Made by a program: the position numbers and the translations under genes. Below are positions 50,330 to 64,000 of a stretch of DNA of 64,000 bases, in pieces (within the stretch, counting starts at the first letter, position 1; the number at the start of each line of letters is the position of its first letter). The DNA lies in the NCBI GenBank assembly GCA_025201805.1, contig MU619243.1, positions 349,773-413,772 on the forward strand, in the 5' to 3' direction. The notes under the pieces were generated by a model that saw only the letters and a program-made list of their open reading frames with translations, was not told where the DNA came from and searched no databases. The DNA comes from Parasitella parasitica NRRL 2501 (taxonomy: Eukaryota > Fungi > Mucoromycota).

Positions 50330-51814
50330 ATAGCTATAAAAAAAATTCGCATTCAATAAAAATATATCATGCGTTTTTCAACGAACTTCAGCTTACACGC
50401 TATTGCGCCAATGTAGTAAAAATTTCTGTTCTGTTGGTTTTTCGTTTTCATCGTAAATACTACAAAGTCTATCTTTAGCGAAAAATCTACAACACATTGC
50501 TTTCTGCGTTTGTGATGAAATAAGAGAAGTGAGTCTTGGTTTGATTTTTGCTTACTTCTTATTGAGTACGTGATTTGACACCGATAGAAAAAACATCAAA
50601 ATGCTCATTAGAACATGTAATATTTAGACATGTTGTAAAATGCGCAAAACAAGCTGAAAGAGGTGTTCAAAGCCGTGCACATCTTTAACTATGAACATGT
50701 ATCTAGAATAAAGTGAAGATCGCCATGCAAAACTGATTTAGGCAACTTCATCATTTTAAGTTGAACTCCATGTAATTCAAGGTACACCACACTGATGACA
50801 TTATCTTCCTTAGCAACAAACAAACAAAATCCACGCTCTTAACAAGATTAATTGCATTTAAATAGGCCTTGCAAAGTAATTGTTTGATTGCCTGCAATGG
50901 AAGAGGCCAAAAAGCACGCACTATCACTCAGTATTGATTTCGCATTTTTGCAGATACCTCGCGATTACCTTTCTAAACAACAAATGATTGCGATATTCAA
51001 GTATTTATAGTTCATTGCAGCTAAGTTTACTGTAGTAGAATATTCAGATTAGATCTATTACTATTTTAGTCATATATTAAATTTATGATGAATGTGTCAG
51101 AATATACACGCTTTAATTAAAAAAAAAAAAGAAAAAAGAAAAAAAAAGGTCGCTTTATAGTGCAATATGTAGTAGGTTTATTAAGTAAACATAAAAGATA
51201 TGCTAAACAATTTACTACAATAATAAAATATTAGTCCGATATTCATCGCTTAACATTTAGCAGTAAACATGCGAGAGAGAAAAAAGGTACATTTCAGAGA
51301 GGGCAAGTATAGTATAACTCATAAAGTTAGAAGGTCCTTGTTGCGTATATAGGACCAACTTCAGCGAATCACTTCATCATCAGCAATGCACCATTTCCAT
51401 TCACAATGTTTACCAACCTTTTGCAATATAATTTACCTTGTTATTTTTCTGGTTGACATCAAAATTCCACATAAAAATTAAAAATAAAAAAGAGAAGATG
51501 GACATGGATGCCTTTTTATACACTTTGGAAAATGCCAAAAAAAAAATTTCTTCAGACTAGGGTAGGCATCCAGCGTGTCTGTGCTATATGGGGACACTCC
51601 TTCATTAAAGGTAGTCCCAAAAGAAATTTTGGTAGAATTGAGCTGTCAACATCAGGATTGTAACACAAACGACACACATTCATCATGCAATGCCCAAAAA
51701 TAAACAGAAATCAAGAGGCGAAGAAAATGTTTGTTTAAGATGCTTGTATAAAAAGCCCCAGACCTGCATTTCCTCTGCCTTTTCTTTCAATCCAATTCCT
51801 CACACATCCGAAAA

Positions 51815-53338
51815 ATGATGATGACTAAAAGGAGACAGACGCTCCTTTTGCAAATGCTAGCTGCCACTGCTGTGTTTTGCACAGTTGCCTATATATTCTT
51901 CCCTTCAGCTCGCCCTGCAAGCCCTCAGTTGGCTGACAATTGGTACAACGAGTCTGATCTGACTGGCTTTGAGCCTCATGAAAACCAAGAGATGGCTGCG
52001 TTGGCGGCCGTGCATCTCAGTGGCAAACAAGAGCCTATTATTGATCCCAACCGTGTCAAGGCTGCATTTGTTATTTTGGCAAGGAACTCTGATTTACAAG
52101 GCATCCGTCAGTCGATCCGTCAAATGGAAGATCGTTTCAACAAAAAATTCAATTACCCATATGTCTTTTTGAACGAGGAATATTTCACGGAGGAGTTCAA
52201 GCAAAAGACCAGCGATTTGACAGACGCCCAAACATTCTATGGCAAGATTGATGAAGATATGTGGGGCTATCCTGATTATATCAACCAAACATATGCTGCA
52301 GAATGCAGGAAAGATATGCACGACAGAAAGATTATTTACGGTGGCAGTGAACCTTATAGACACATGTGCCGGTAAGCAGGTTTTGACATGTCCATTTTAC
52401 ACCGTCTTGACTAAAACCGACCTAGTTTCCAGTCTGGCTTCTTCTTTAGACATCCTCTGCTGGACAATTTTGAATACTACTGGCGTGTTGAACCTGATGT
52501 ACAGTATTTCTGCGACGTCGACTATGATGTGTTCCAAATGATGAAGGATAACAAGTATAAATACGGTAAGAGTCATTATGCACAACTGAAACCAACTTGG
52601 TGGGCTTAACGTTTTGGAACTGTTAAAAAGGCTGGACTCTTTCATTGACTGAATACATGGCTACCATTCCCACCCTTTGGAATGCCACTCAAAGCTACAT
52701 GGAAAAGTACCCCGAATACATTAATTGGGGCCAGGACAGTCTGATGCCCTGGCTCACTGACAATGACTTTGAATCATACAATGGATGCCATTTCTGGTCT
52801 AATTTTGAGGTAGGCTAAGGGTTTTTTTTTTGTTTATCGCATTCTTAACATGTTATGGCAGATTGGATCTCTCGACTTTCTAAGAAGTGAGCCTTACTTG
52901 AAATATTTTGAGCATTTGGATAAGCTAGGCGGCTTTTTTTATGAAAGGTAATTGTGGCAATATGTAGGTTTTTTTTTTTTTTTTTGGCGATCTTTATTAA
53001 ACGTGTTTACAGATGGGGTGATGCTCCTGTTCATTCCATTGCTGTTGCTATGCTATTGAAGACCTCTGAGGTGCATTTCTTTAATGATATTGGCTACAAA
53101 CACAATCCTTTGATGCATTGTCCTACAGACCCTTTTATTCAAAAGAATTGTTGGTGTGATGATAAGGAGAACTTTGGTATGTTGCTTATCCACAAAGTCC
53201 GTAACGTCAAAACTAACCAATCTTTAATTCATAGATTGGCACGGTTGGAGTTGTGCCACTCGTTATAAAAAGATCCAACCAGACTTTGTTTGGGATGAAG
53301 CTGTCTACAAGAATAAGACTGATCCTTACCGCATCTAA
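51815..53338 (+). CDS. KRE2/KTR-family alpha-1,2-mannosyltransferase (GT15), 6 exons
   Basis: Type II anchor; [71 protein letters not shown]. Confidence 0.93.
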
Positions 53339-54351
53339 ACTTGCCCCATTAACATTTCTCATTCCCTTTTTTAATTTATCATAAAACCCCTCATGTTACC
53401 CAGATGTTTTATAATCTCACCTTTTGAACATCAGAAAACTGAAAAGTTTCATCTACAGGACCAAGTTTCTCGCTATGACGATTTGATGAGTATAAAGCTA
53501 CTCTCAGCTTTAGAATACATTGAGTATTAAGACTATCCGTTTATGTATCGAAAATTATTCGAATTTAAGTTATCGTAAAGTGTTTGGATTCCAAGAAATA
53601 CTCCTTGATAATTCTTGATTGATGCAATGGGTATTTTGCATCTTTCTAAATGAGTAATTGATGCTAGTACTTTTCAAAGCGTTAACTCTAAACAGTCAAA
53701 GCTATATGTAGTCAGTCAGATGAATGTTTATACTCGCATTGTATTCATATACCGGTATAACCGACAAGCTAAGACTTTATCCAGATACTAGAAGCGCATA
53801 TAGCTGGCCAAGCACATACGGTTAGCTAAACGAGCATTTTTATGCCAACTAATGGTTTGATACTGCTTCTCGATAGTTTCACTTTGAAATTTTACCTGTA
53901 AAATATCCCAATATACCTCAACCAGCTGTGTAGATGTTTGTTTGAAAAGATTTGGCCCTATTTTCCTGATTTACGTTGTTTGTTTGCAAGGAGAGGAGAA
54001 TGAATAGAAAGGGGCAGGAGAAACAATAGTTACGTATAATCAACCGTGGGCTGTTTATCGTATATATTGTTGTAGTCGATCAATTCGTGTTGTTATTCAT
54101 TCATTGATCTCCATGTAAAGCACGGTTGAATACGTATGCAGGCCGTGTAGTGCCATATACTTGTTCAGGTCTGTTGCATGGTTGACGTACATGTTAGAAA
54201 GCCGGAATTTTCATGCTACCATCATCTACCGAAACCACCCCAGTCACCCACATATGTCTCACTCGGTTGGCACAGATCTCACAAAATCATGCACAGCGTT
54301 TTCCGTGTACTTTGCTTCCTTTGCTCCCTATTCTTTTCTTTCAGTCTGAAA

Positions 54352-55693
54352 ATGCCTGTAATTAACAGATCTTCGCCACCTATGACAGCCGAGGATATGA
54401 TGGCAACTTCTGCATTAGAAGTCTCCCCCATCCTAACAGCATCTATATTTGACGAGATGTACACAGCAGCAGTGGATGATGATACAAGCATGCATCAAGC
54501 CTTACCTCCGCCATTGGTACAGCGAAGACGGCGTCGACACACACCACTCAGTCGGTTAAACACTGACAGAAATAGCGTCTTTGAACTCTCGCCGCCCAGT
54601 GATAGATGGACAAGGCGTTTGAGTTCGCTGCAGCAAGCAGTAGATGATCAAGACACATCAGAAAATCACATTGGACCTCTAATGCCAACCGGGGGCAGTT
54701 CATTTCCTCGGTCTGATTCACCCAGCTTTGTATACGGCCAGAACTGTCTGAGTGATTGTGCTTACAATACGAGCCCATTGCTCGTACAGGACCAAAATAT
54801 CGCTGTGAATATGCTTGATTTTGAAATTGTGCTTGATGACGGAGGGCAGTATGGGTAAGTCCGAGGTGAGAATATGCAGATTGAAGCGTACCAACAAGAT
54901 GCCGTAGAGCCATGTATGGCATTGATAATTTATTGATGAACGATGGATCCGTATATTGGCAAGTATATATACAATACATCAAAGTGAATTAGCGATAACA
55001 ATCTGCATAGTTCCGGCAGGAAAGGGGCTGTGAACATACTAGCTCAGTACTGTGGGTACATTGAAAGTGGCCTAGTAACAGATACAACCTGCTCCATTTC
55101 TAAACTGGTTATCAAAGCGCCACAGCATGGGTAATAGCATGGGAGAAGAAGAGTGATAGACAACATCTAACACATACATACTATTGGTAGATTTACCGCT
55201 CCCTGTATGGCATTAAGCACACTATTCATACATGTGCTGACATTTTTACATTTGTGTAGGTAGAGACGGGATGATATTCCTGTCACACAAAAGAATCAAT
55301 ATTTCAGGTATACAGAAGAGTGGCTATGTACAGTAGGATTGCACTAACTTGCTGGACAGATACGTCCCGATTTGACAAGTTTACAAAACATGATTATCAT
55401 CAATACATGTTAAGCAAGTTACACAAAAATGGCGTATTAGAAGACACGGACCCAGTTGCTTGGTTCTCGCTGACAGAAGACAGAACCAGTGTTGTTGACC
55501 TCGATTTCAGGTTGGATCCATAGGAGCGAATTCGAGAATACCATCCATACTAACAAAAAGACACAGGTCTGCCAAATATGTGTTGATTAAAATGCTGCGT
55601 GCTGATTATGAATCAGATAATATTGACATGCAATATATCGGATTCATTGGTCATTCTGGCCCGAGATCCTTTGGCTGTGCAAAGCTTTGTTGA
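54352..55693 (+). CDS. Hypothetical multi-exon protein with micro-exons and a GC-AG intron
   Basis: Exons splice into LDFEIVLDDGG...NLLMNDGSVYCSG...LVIKAPQHGFTAPCRDGMIF...SAKYVLIKML...NIDMQYIGFIG; stop TGA at 55691-55693. Confidence 0.65.
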
Positions 55694-55814
55694 ATCCCAG
55701 CATCATCTCTCACCTTTATATAACATGAGCATTCTTGTGCACCCTTCAAAATCGCGATTAAAATATTTTTTTTTCTTCATTCTTTTTCTCCTTTCCATGT
55801 TTTTTTAGTGAGAA

Positions 55815-58800
55815 ATGTCTATCGAAGCAGAGAACATGGTAGCAACTAAATCTTTTGCTCCACCCTTGACTGCGCAAAGACGAGGCAGACCCAGAAAAAA
55901 CTCGCCATTGCAGAAACAGACTCCTCCCACTCCTCCTCCTCCTCCTTCGCAGCAATCGAACAGCAACAGTCTAAAAGGCGCTTTTGATAAGCCTAGAGAA
56001 GAACTCTCTTACAAGGATTTTTTTCCTGATTTGGACATAAGAGAGCCATTAGCTATCGTAAAGGTGCCAGAACCGTCAGTAAAACAGAGCGATTACATCA
56101 AGCAGACTACGCCGATACCAAATTCACCTTCAATTGATGAATACGAAACTGCTTCAGAGGGCGAGTCGTCCCCTGTTGCTATGACGCATAAATTGCCTAT
56201 ACCATCCTACCAAAAAATCAAGCCTCCAAACAGAAAGTCAAAAAAGGAAGACAACAGCAGCAGCACGCAGTTATTCCATCGCCCTGATAACCATTACATA
56301 CGCTATATCGGTAAGTTGACTAATTGATGTGGCAAACCATGCCTTTTTTTTTTTCTTCTTCTTCTTCTTAAAAACAAGAGTTATTGATCCCTCCAGAACC
56401 ATCAGAGACCGAATTATTTGCCACAGTTGAATACGACATGGACGAGCAAGGTATTTTGATCATGTCAAAAGCCGAACCAAAAGATCTAACATGGTCACTA
56501 GATGAAGTATGGCTGCAGATTTACAATAAGGAGCGTAAAAAGGAAAATTCAGGGCAAGTATCAGGCGAGTTGTTTGAGGCGGTTATCGACCAACTGGAAA
56601 AAGAATGGTTTAATCTGGTAAGATGTCACCGTAATCCACCTCGTCAATACATGTTCACCAGCGGCCTTGTTAGATCAAAAATCTCCCCAAAAAAACGGCC
56701 GAGGACCCCGTTTTGCCCGAGGATTCCAAATGTGCAGTATGCGACGATGGCGAATGCGAAAACAGCAATGCAATTGTATTCTGCGATGGATGTAACCTAG
56801 CAGTGCACCAAGATTGCTATGGCATTCCATATATTCCCGAGGGTCAGTGGCTGTGTCGAAAATGCATGGTGTCACCAGAAAACCCTGTATCGTGCATATT
56901 CTGTCCTGGCGAAGGTGGAGCATTCAAACAAACAACGACCAACCAATGGGGTCATCTTTTGTGTGCTATCTGGATCCCTGAAGTCAGTCTAAGTAACAGT
57001 GTTTATATGGAGCCTATCGACAACATTGAAAGCGTGCCCAAGAGTCGCTGGAAACTCAGCTGCTACATCTGCCGTCGTCGCCATGGAGCGTGTATTCAAT
57101 GCGACAATAAGCATTGCTTTGTTGCATTCCATGTCACCTGTGCAAGATGGGCCCGGCTCTGTATGCGCATGAAATTGCATGGCACACATTATGACGGTGT
57201 TGTGCTCAAAGCCTACTGTGATCGACATACGCCCCGCGACTACAAGGATAATGTGGATGTGGATGCAAATTTGGCTATCGCTCAGCAATGGTTTATCGAC
57301 CATAAGCATGGCATGCCGCGCAGAAGATACGTAGACGAGGAGGACGACGATTTAGTCGACTATAACATGCAGCAACAGAAAACAAAATTACTACCCACTT
57401 CCAAAGCGGCCAGAGCTCACCAGCATCAATATACAGCAGGTGCCCCTATCGCTCCAGAATATATATTGGATAAGCTGGAGAATTTGCAGTGTGTCCGACA
57501 GACAAAGTTAAAAAAAAAGGCCAGCCTGATCACTAGCATCTGCCGCTATTGGTCGCTGAAACGAGAATCGAGACGAGGAGCACCGTTATTAAAGCGGCTT
57601 CACCTGGAGGTAAGACATCTATTCTGCTAGTACGAGCATGCGCTAAAATTTCGCTCAAAATTTGCAGCCTTGGACCGCGTCGTCCTCAGAACTGAAGCAA
57701 TCTGAAGTGGAGAAGGCACACAAGGCATCCGTGAGTAGACAACCTGCTTATTTGTTTGAACGCGTATTCACACATATCTTTCTTGCTCTAGTCAATGATG
57801 AGTTTACGAGCCGATTTGGAGAAGGTGAGAATGCTGACAGAGCAGGTGCAGAAGAGAGAAAGACACAAGCTAGACCGAGTTCGCAAGCAAAAGGCATACA
57901 TTGAAATGATTCTGTACCCAGTGGAGTTCATTGTGCACCCCATATTGCGACAATTAATGGCGATGGACAAAAAGGACTTTTTCAAATATCCAGTGCCTGT
58001 CGAACTGGCTCCAGATTATTACGACGTTATCAAAGAGCCCATGTCCTTTTCAGACATTCAAGAAAAGCTGGCCTTGCATCGCTACTCCACAGTAGATGAA
58101 TTTGAGGTAAGCGTACATTTGGCGTTTATATCGTAGAATACAGGACTAATTTCATCTGCTTAGTATGATTTAAACCTGATCTGGAAAAACTGCATGTTCT
58201 ACAACAAGCGCGAAACTCTATATTTCAAATTAGCACAAAAGCTTCAAAAACATTCTCAAGAATTGATTGCAGAGGCTCAAGAGGACTTCCACACACTTCA
58301 AATTCGGAATGAATCTGGTGCTCTGGACGTGGATATCGATCCTGGTATTTTCGAGTACGGAATTGCCGCAGATGCTTCAGAAAAGGAAAATGTTCCTGAT
58401 TTGAGCAGTGTCAGTAGCTTAAGTAGTGCCGTGGAATTGTCTCAGAGTACCAGTAGTGGCAGCAACAGCAGTATTGGGGGCAGCAATAGTGCGCATACAA
58501 AAAGTGCTCCTACAAGCAATGGAGATGCTCCCAATGGCATCAAAAAGCGCACTCGATCGGGTATAAAGGCATTGAAGCAACTAAACACACGCTCACTGCG
58601 ATCACGACAAGTCGACCAGTCCCTTCCGGAACAACCTTCATCACACACATCATCCACATCGCCGTCATTATCACCATCAGCTTCTTCTTCTGCTGCTGCC
58701 ACATCTCTTCGCAAAAGGAAAAGAACAGCCTCTCCAATGGGTTCTGAGCCACAGCCCGCAGCATCCCAAACTTCTACATCCAGAAATCAATCATCGAAGC

Positions 58801-59430
58801 GTTCGAGAAACATTTCACCCGTGCAGCAAAAGGCGAAATCAAAAGAACAGACTATCGACAAATACTTTAACAAGCAAAACACTACTAAAAAACACGCAAA
58901 TGAGCAGCCTGCAGAAGTATCCGGTGCCACCGCCGCCACCACCAAAAATCCAGCATTGGCAACAAAAGCGACGGCAAGCCTTCCTCCAGTCAGATTTACA
59001 GATGGCGAGCTGGTTTGGGCGCGTGTGCGAGGTTTCCCACCGCATCCCGCAAGTATCATAGACCCCAAAACCTCCAAGAAAAAGATCCCAGAGAATGTAC
59101 TTGCATTAACAAAGACGGACAAGAATCACGTTCTAGTTGAATTCTTCCAAGTGAGCGATTCACACATGTGGTAAGTATAATACAAGTGGGCTTCGTTTTT
59201 TTTTAAAAAAAAAAAGGTTTATTGATGTGTGCAAAAATAGGGGATGGATTGAAAAGAAGGAGATTAATCCCTTTGGCAATCTTGACGTCGACAAGGACAT
59301 GCTGTTGATTGCCAAGCGATCCAAGAAATCATATCGTATCAAGGAGGTCAAGAGCGGTTATAAATATGCCTGCAAATTGGTTCACATTGATCCCAGCGTT
59401 GCTCTTGCTCAAATATTCAAAAATTATTAA
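55815..59430 (+). CDS. NTO1: NuA3/MOZ scaffold, Nto1/BRPF-like (EPL1, PHD-zinc knuckle-PHD, bromodomain, PWWP)
   Basis: VEYDMDEQD; CAVCDDGECENSNAIVFCDGCNLAVHQDCYG; YWSLKRESRRGAPLLKRL; APDYYDVIKEPM...NCMFYN; GELVWARVRGFPPHP. Confidence 0.9.
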
Positions 59431-59536
59431 AAAAATTTAGTCCCTAGTTCTGTACATATCAAAGCTACATACATGATAATAAAAATTAAGCTTGTATACA
59501 ACGTATAATACTTTATATATATTTTGAATGCAATGT

Positions 59537-61322
59537 TCAATTAGTTTTAAGTTTTTGGGTTAAACGGTAGCTACTGATTGCTTTTCTCATCAACTGTCCT
59601 AGTATTAATGCACTAGAGATTACGCCAGCAGAGGCAATTGCGTAAAGATCCAAATTGTTTGCCTTCACGAAAGACATGTCTCTCTTTGCATCTCGACGAT
59701 GCAACAACTGGCCATTTTGATGCATGAACAAGGCTTCTTCAACCAAGTTGGCTGCTTTCACCACACCAAATTTACTGTTTAACTGCACCAAAGCCTTGTA
59801 TCTATTCGCGTTGCTTTGGAAAAAGTTGCCTTCATCCCTTGCTACCTTGCAAATAATCTCTGTAGCCTTTTGCTGTGTGTCTGTGTAATGCATTTTTAAG
59901 CCAAAACCGTTATCTTGGGCGATTTGAGCAGAAGCAGGCTGATCTCCAAAAAAGGGGAACACGACTACTCGAACACCTGCATTGAGAGATTCATAAAGGG
60001 ATCCAGCACCACCATGAGTGATAAACATGCTGGTAGATGGATGGTTGAGAATCGCTATTTGAGGAGCCCAGTTGATGAATGTGATATCCTTCTTGCTGTT
60101 GTCTGTAAAGAAAGATCGAACATTATAAGTTGTGTTTGATTGTGTGCTCAAGTAATCAGGGAATACATCCTCCAAGCCTCGAGTAGCCCAAATTATACCA
60201 TCAAGTTCTTGTGCTTCGTACGCTTCCAATAGACCTGTCATCAAGAGTTTCACATCCTCATCGGTAGCTACAGCATGTTGGCCAAAAGCAATGTAGGCCA
60301 CCTTTTTGTGTGTCTCAAGAAACTCACGCAATTCAGGTGTAAGTGAAGATGCTACAGATGCAACAATAGGCCCCACAAACTCTACCAAAGGGCCGAGCGG
60401 CCTAGCAATGTCAAAACCAAAAGCCGTGTTGAAGATCTTGAGCGAGTTTTCCCATCTCATTTCAGGTGCTTGAACAGGATCTTTGATGCCTAACGATTTG
60501 AATAAGACTCGTTGTTTCTTGAAAAAATGGCGCAAAGTGTATGCCATTTGCACAGGCTTGATAAACTTGCCGTCCAGACGCTGCCACAAAGTCATATGTG
60601 CCGAAGTTGGTATATGCATTGTTGTCATATGATTATTGATGTATGGCGCACCTGCGTCAGGGCTAATACCCATGCTAGCAGTGACAATGAATGGTATGTT
60701 GAATGCAATTGATGCTTCAGCGCACGGTGTATTGAAGTGATCGCATATAGCCAAGTCGATCTTTTTTGACTTGTATTGCTCCAAAAGACCAAGATAATCT
60801 ATAAAAGATAATGTTCAGTTTCAAGTTAGTGATCATTAGTAAAAAGACGGCAGCATTCAAAATTTGTACCTGTCTCAAACTCGCTTCCGATGGAATCAAG
60901 CATCATTGCAAAGGATTCTATAATTGGTTTTGTACGCCTGTTCTTCATAATCTTATTCTTTTGCTCTACAAAGCGGTAATGAGGGCCAATCGACACTGTT
61001 TCAACAGAAGGGTAGTTTTTGCCAAACTTTGTTTGATCATCCTAAAGCGTACATACAACATAAATTAGTCAAGTTGTTCGATAATCTCGTAGGCTCTTAC
61101 CCTTGTAATAAAGAATGTATTATGGCCTCGGCTAGAAGTCAGTTCTTCCAATATTGAAAGGACCCAAACAATGTGAGATGAGCCACCTATCATAGCTGAA
61201 AACGCAATGTTCTTTGTTTCTCTAAAACTATCCGACATTTCAAATGCTGTGCCTGGATCAACAGCAGCTCCAATGGACATGAGAGCTGATAAAATGAGTA
61301 AGAGCGTACTAGCTATTTTCAT
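59537..61322 (-). CDS. UDP-glucuronosyl/glucosyltransferase (GT1, animal UGT-like topology), 3 exons
   Basis: Signal peptide; GGSSH; WAPQIAILNHPSTSMFITHGGAGSLYESLNAGV...PFFGDQ signature; C-terminal TM with basic tail. Confidence 0.9.
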
Positions 61323-63270
61323 GGTTGCGATTGTTGACGAAAAGAAATGTATTAAACAAGCAATGATTTATATACCCATTTGATCTCTGCATGTACCGCT
61401 AGCTTCTCCTTGCATTATTTTTGTTGCCGAAAAGGCGCGTGCGCAGCACCCTCCGGTATATATTCAAACACTGTTTATCCGCTTTGGTTTAAACTAGCAA
61501 ATGCTTGATCCTTCTCGCTATCGGATAGTCTATGTAACTATTTACTCAAACTATTTAACCATGAGAACAAAAGGGAGATCTCCATACATGACTCGCAAAA
61601 ATGATAGCTGTTAATACGCTAACTTTTCCTTTGCAAGTGTCTTGGTGTTGTATAGCAGTAGGTACTTGTCTGCTACCGCTAACGCACTTTTTAAATATAA
61701 AGTTTACTTTTTGTTTGTTTGGTTTTCATTGAGACAGGGTTGAATTGAGGCGTTGATCAATAATATTTACGCACTACTCATTGTACCGTGTCGTAGTCAA
61801 ACCATTACTTAGTTTAGCTAAACGCTGCACATGCTCCTAAATTTACCTGGCATATGGTACATACCACATCTATATAGTGCATAAGCAAGCAAACACCATC
61901 TGGTAACACGGTACATTCGCCAGTCTAATAGCATGACCAGGACTCTATGGCCTTCGGATAAATTTATTCCATAGAATTATATGCACGCAACATAAATACA
62001 TGAAGCTGCATAAAACTACAAATATAGATAAGCATAAGATTAAAATAGGCATACTCTACTTGTTTGAGAGCACTTTGCAAGTATACCTTATATGTAAATA
62101 TGATGAAATTTTTTTTTACCATTACTCATTTAAACATCACATATTGTTGTGTATCTTTTGTGCGGTGGCCTCTAATGTCTAGCAATCTCTTATTTGAGCC
62201 GCTATATTAGAATCAAGATCAAACAGTTCATAATGTAAACATAAATATGCCATCATTGTAAGAAATTTACCACTTCTAGCAGAAGAACCTTACCAGGAGC
62301 CGCAAAGTCGTATAGATTCAGGAACCCTAATTCAGAGTTGTATGAAATGTTGTATACTTTTTCAAAATTTTTGACATGCGCAAAGTGATTGGAGCTTTCA
62401 TGAGACCTCAATTAGAGCTCCTGATATGATTATGAGTTGCCAAAAAAGCTACAATTACAAATCTACTATGTATACCAACAATTGCAAAGCTTGGTATAAT
62501 TATTATGCTGCAGAAAATTGGACCTCATCAATCATTTAATATTCGTCACAGAGATAAGATCGCGGCATAGCATTTAGCGAATTCAACCAACCAAAAATGT
62601 AGCTACATAAAAATGGCTTTTGAGGCTACAATCTATAGCATATCAGCTATCTATTCATATTAAAGTATTTTTAAATAACCTATTACGATCATGTCTTGTT
62701 CTTCCATTGATAATGGCTACTCGTTGGTTAGTACGCGAACACAGTGACACTATCAATAGTAGTAGTAGTAGGCCGTAAATGCAATCTCAGACATTTGTTG
62801 CCCTTCGATCTCAAATTGTTTATCAAAATTTTGCTGCTCAAATCTCAAGAACGCATTAGGTATATTCAGTATGCGAATTAATTGCTTGATGTCAAAAAAT
62901 AAATTTTGTATTAAAACATTAAAGTTACATAGTGAAATACATTCACTATGATGATCTGCTGCATTCCATTTCTAGATTAATCCATTTACCTTATATTGAT
63001 ATAGACTACATATGTGCACAGTTAATAAGATGTACAATACAGATTTATACTAAATAAAATATAGGCTAGAAATGGCACCATTAGGATGAATGACGCTATA
63101 GACTTTATCCTTATATCTCGACACGAGCCTTATGGATTTGCTAGATTTAGTATATGTGCTACAAGCATATTGCCATATAAGATCTATCCTTCTGATACGT
63201 ATTCCCAGTTTCCAAATACTGTTGAGATCTGCAAGATCGAAATAAGAAAAGTATTAAATAAAACGTTGAA

Positions 63271-63872
63271 TTAACGAGATACGAAAACTTTAGATTACTT
63301 TATTAAAGATTCAACTTTGCATCTGCTATTTATACTTTCTACAACAACATAAATTTTTGGTGACTTATTTAAAATACTAGTCGATACTAATCGATAAGAA
63401 TAATTTGCAAGCAACATCATATCCTTAGCAGGGTACGATGTATTATTATACTACAAGGCTATTGATCTTTGATCTGACAGTACCTTATCGTTTGTCTGAT
63501 CTGCCATAATTGTAGATAGGAGATCATGGCAATGTACTTCAATTGAAGATTGAAGATTGTCCAATGATGTGATGTGATACGCTTGTGTAAATTGGAGAAT
63601 AAAGTCTCTGTTTCAAATCAAGAAGGTTATTCCTGTAAGTAACACAGATCTGAGCACCAGGATAAAGGTTAAGGCTCTGTCAGATCAAAGACATGTAGCC
63701 CTTGCTGTATAACCTCATATCGTACCCTGTCAAGTAGATTGTCACTGTGAATTAGTCTTGTCAATTAGTAATCTAAATAAGTCACCATAAATTTATGTAG
63801 TTGTAAAAAGTATAAATAGCAGATGCAATTTCGATCTTAAATAAAGTATCTTTAGTTTTCGTATCTCGTTAA
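63271..63872. mobile_element. Degenerate MITE/foldback element bounded by TTAA
   Basis: ttaacgagatacgaaaact...agttttcgtatctcgttaa; the arms (~250 bp each) are imperfect reverse complements, e.g. cagggtacgat/atcgtaccctg and tctttgatctgacag/ctgtcagatcaaaga. Confidence 0.8.
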
Positions 63873-64000
63873 CCTTTGGTTTTTTTATTATCTTTTTGAT
63901 CCAACATTAATCATAAATATCAGATATTAGCTCATAACTTTTGCTAAAATCACCGTAGAACCATGATCTAACTTGGAAAACTTAGCATTGACTTGGCGCT

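Noticed and set aside
51815-61322. KTR + UGT (+ CAS1) as a glycan biosynthetic cluster
   Set aside because: They are separated by unrelated housekeeping genes, with no shared regulatory signal.

Overview
Eukaryotic, intron-rich, AT-rich DNA from a draft assembly (three N gaps). The short introns, gene content and TE types point to an early-diverging fungus of the Mucorales. About 18 housekeeping genes are recognisable: a rhodanese-PTP phosphatase, MDM34, a short-tailed myosin II, dCMP deaminase, RNR small subunit, CysRS, a VTC subunit, DUG2, a CAS1/CASD1 O-acetyltransferase, propionyl-CoA carboxylase alpha, CDK8, TAF12, a KTR mannosyltransferase, a BRPF/NTO1-like protein and a UGT, plus less certain genes. 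They alternate with accessory islands (~13-17, 30-36, 46-51 and 62-64 kb) holding a PIN/XPG-like ORF, pseudogenes, L1-type LINE fragments, a Tc1/IS630 transposase and two foldback/MITE elements. There are two main unexplained signals. The first is a ~500-nt non-coding, strand-biased, highly structured segment (minus strand, ~31150-31650) with a CUAACCCU motif and a CR4/5-like three-way junction, making it a candidate telomerase RNA. The second is a 70-bp micro-inversion that flips an exon end and splice donor inside DUG2. All calls come from reading the sequence; no searches were run.
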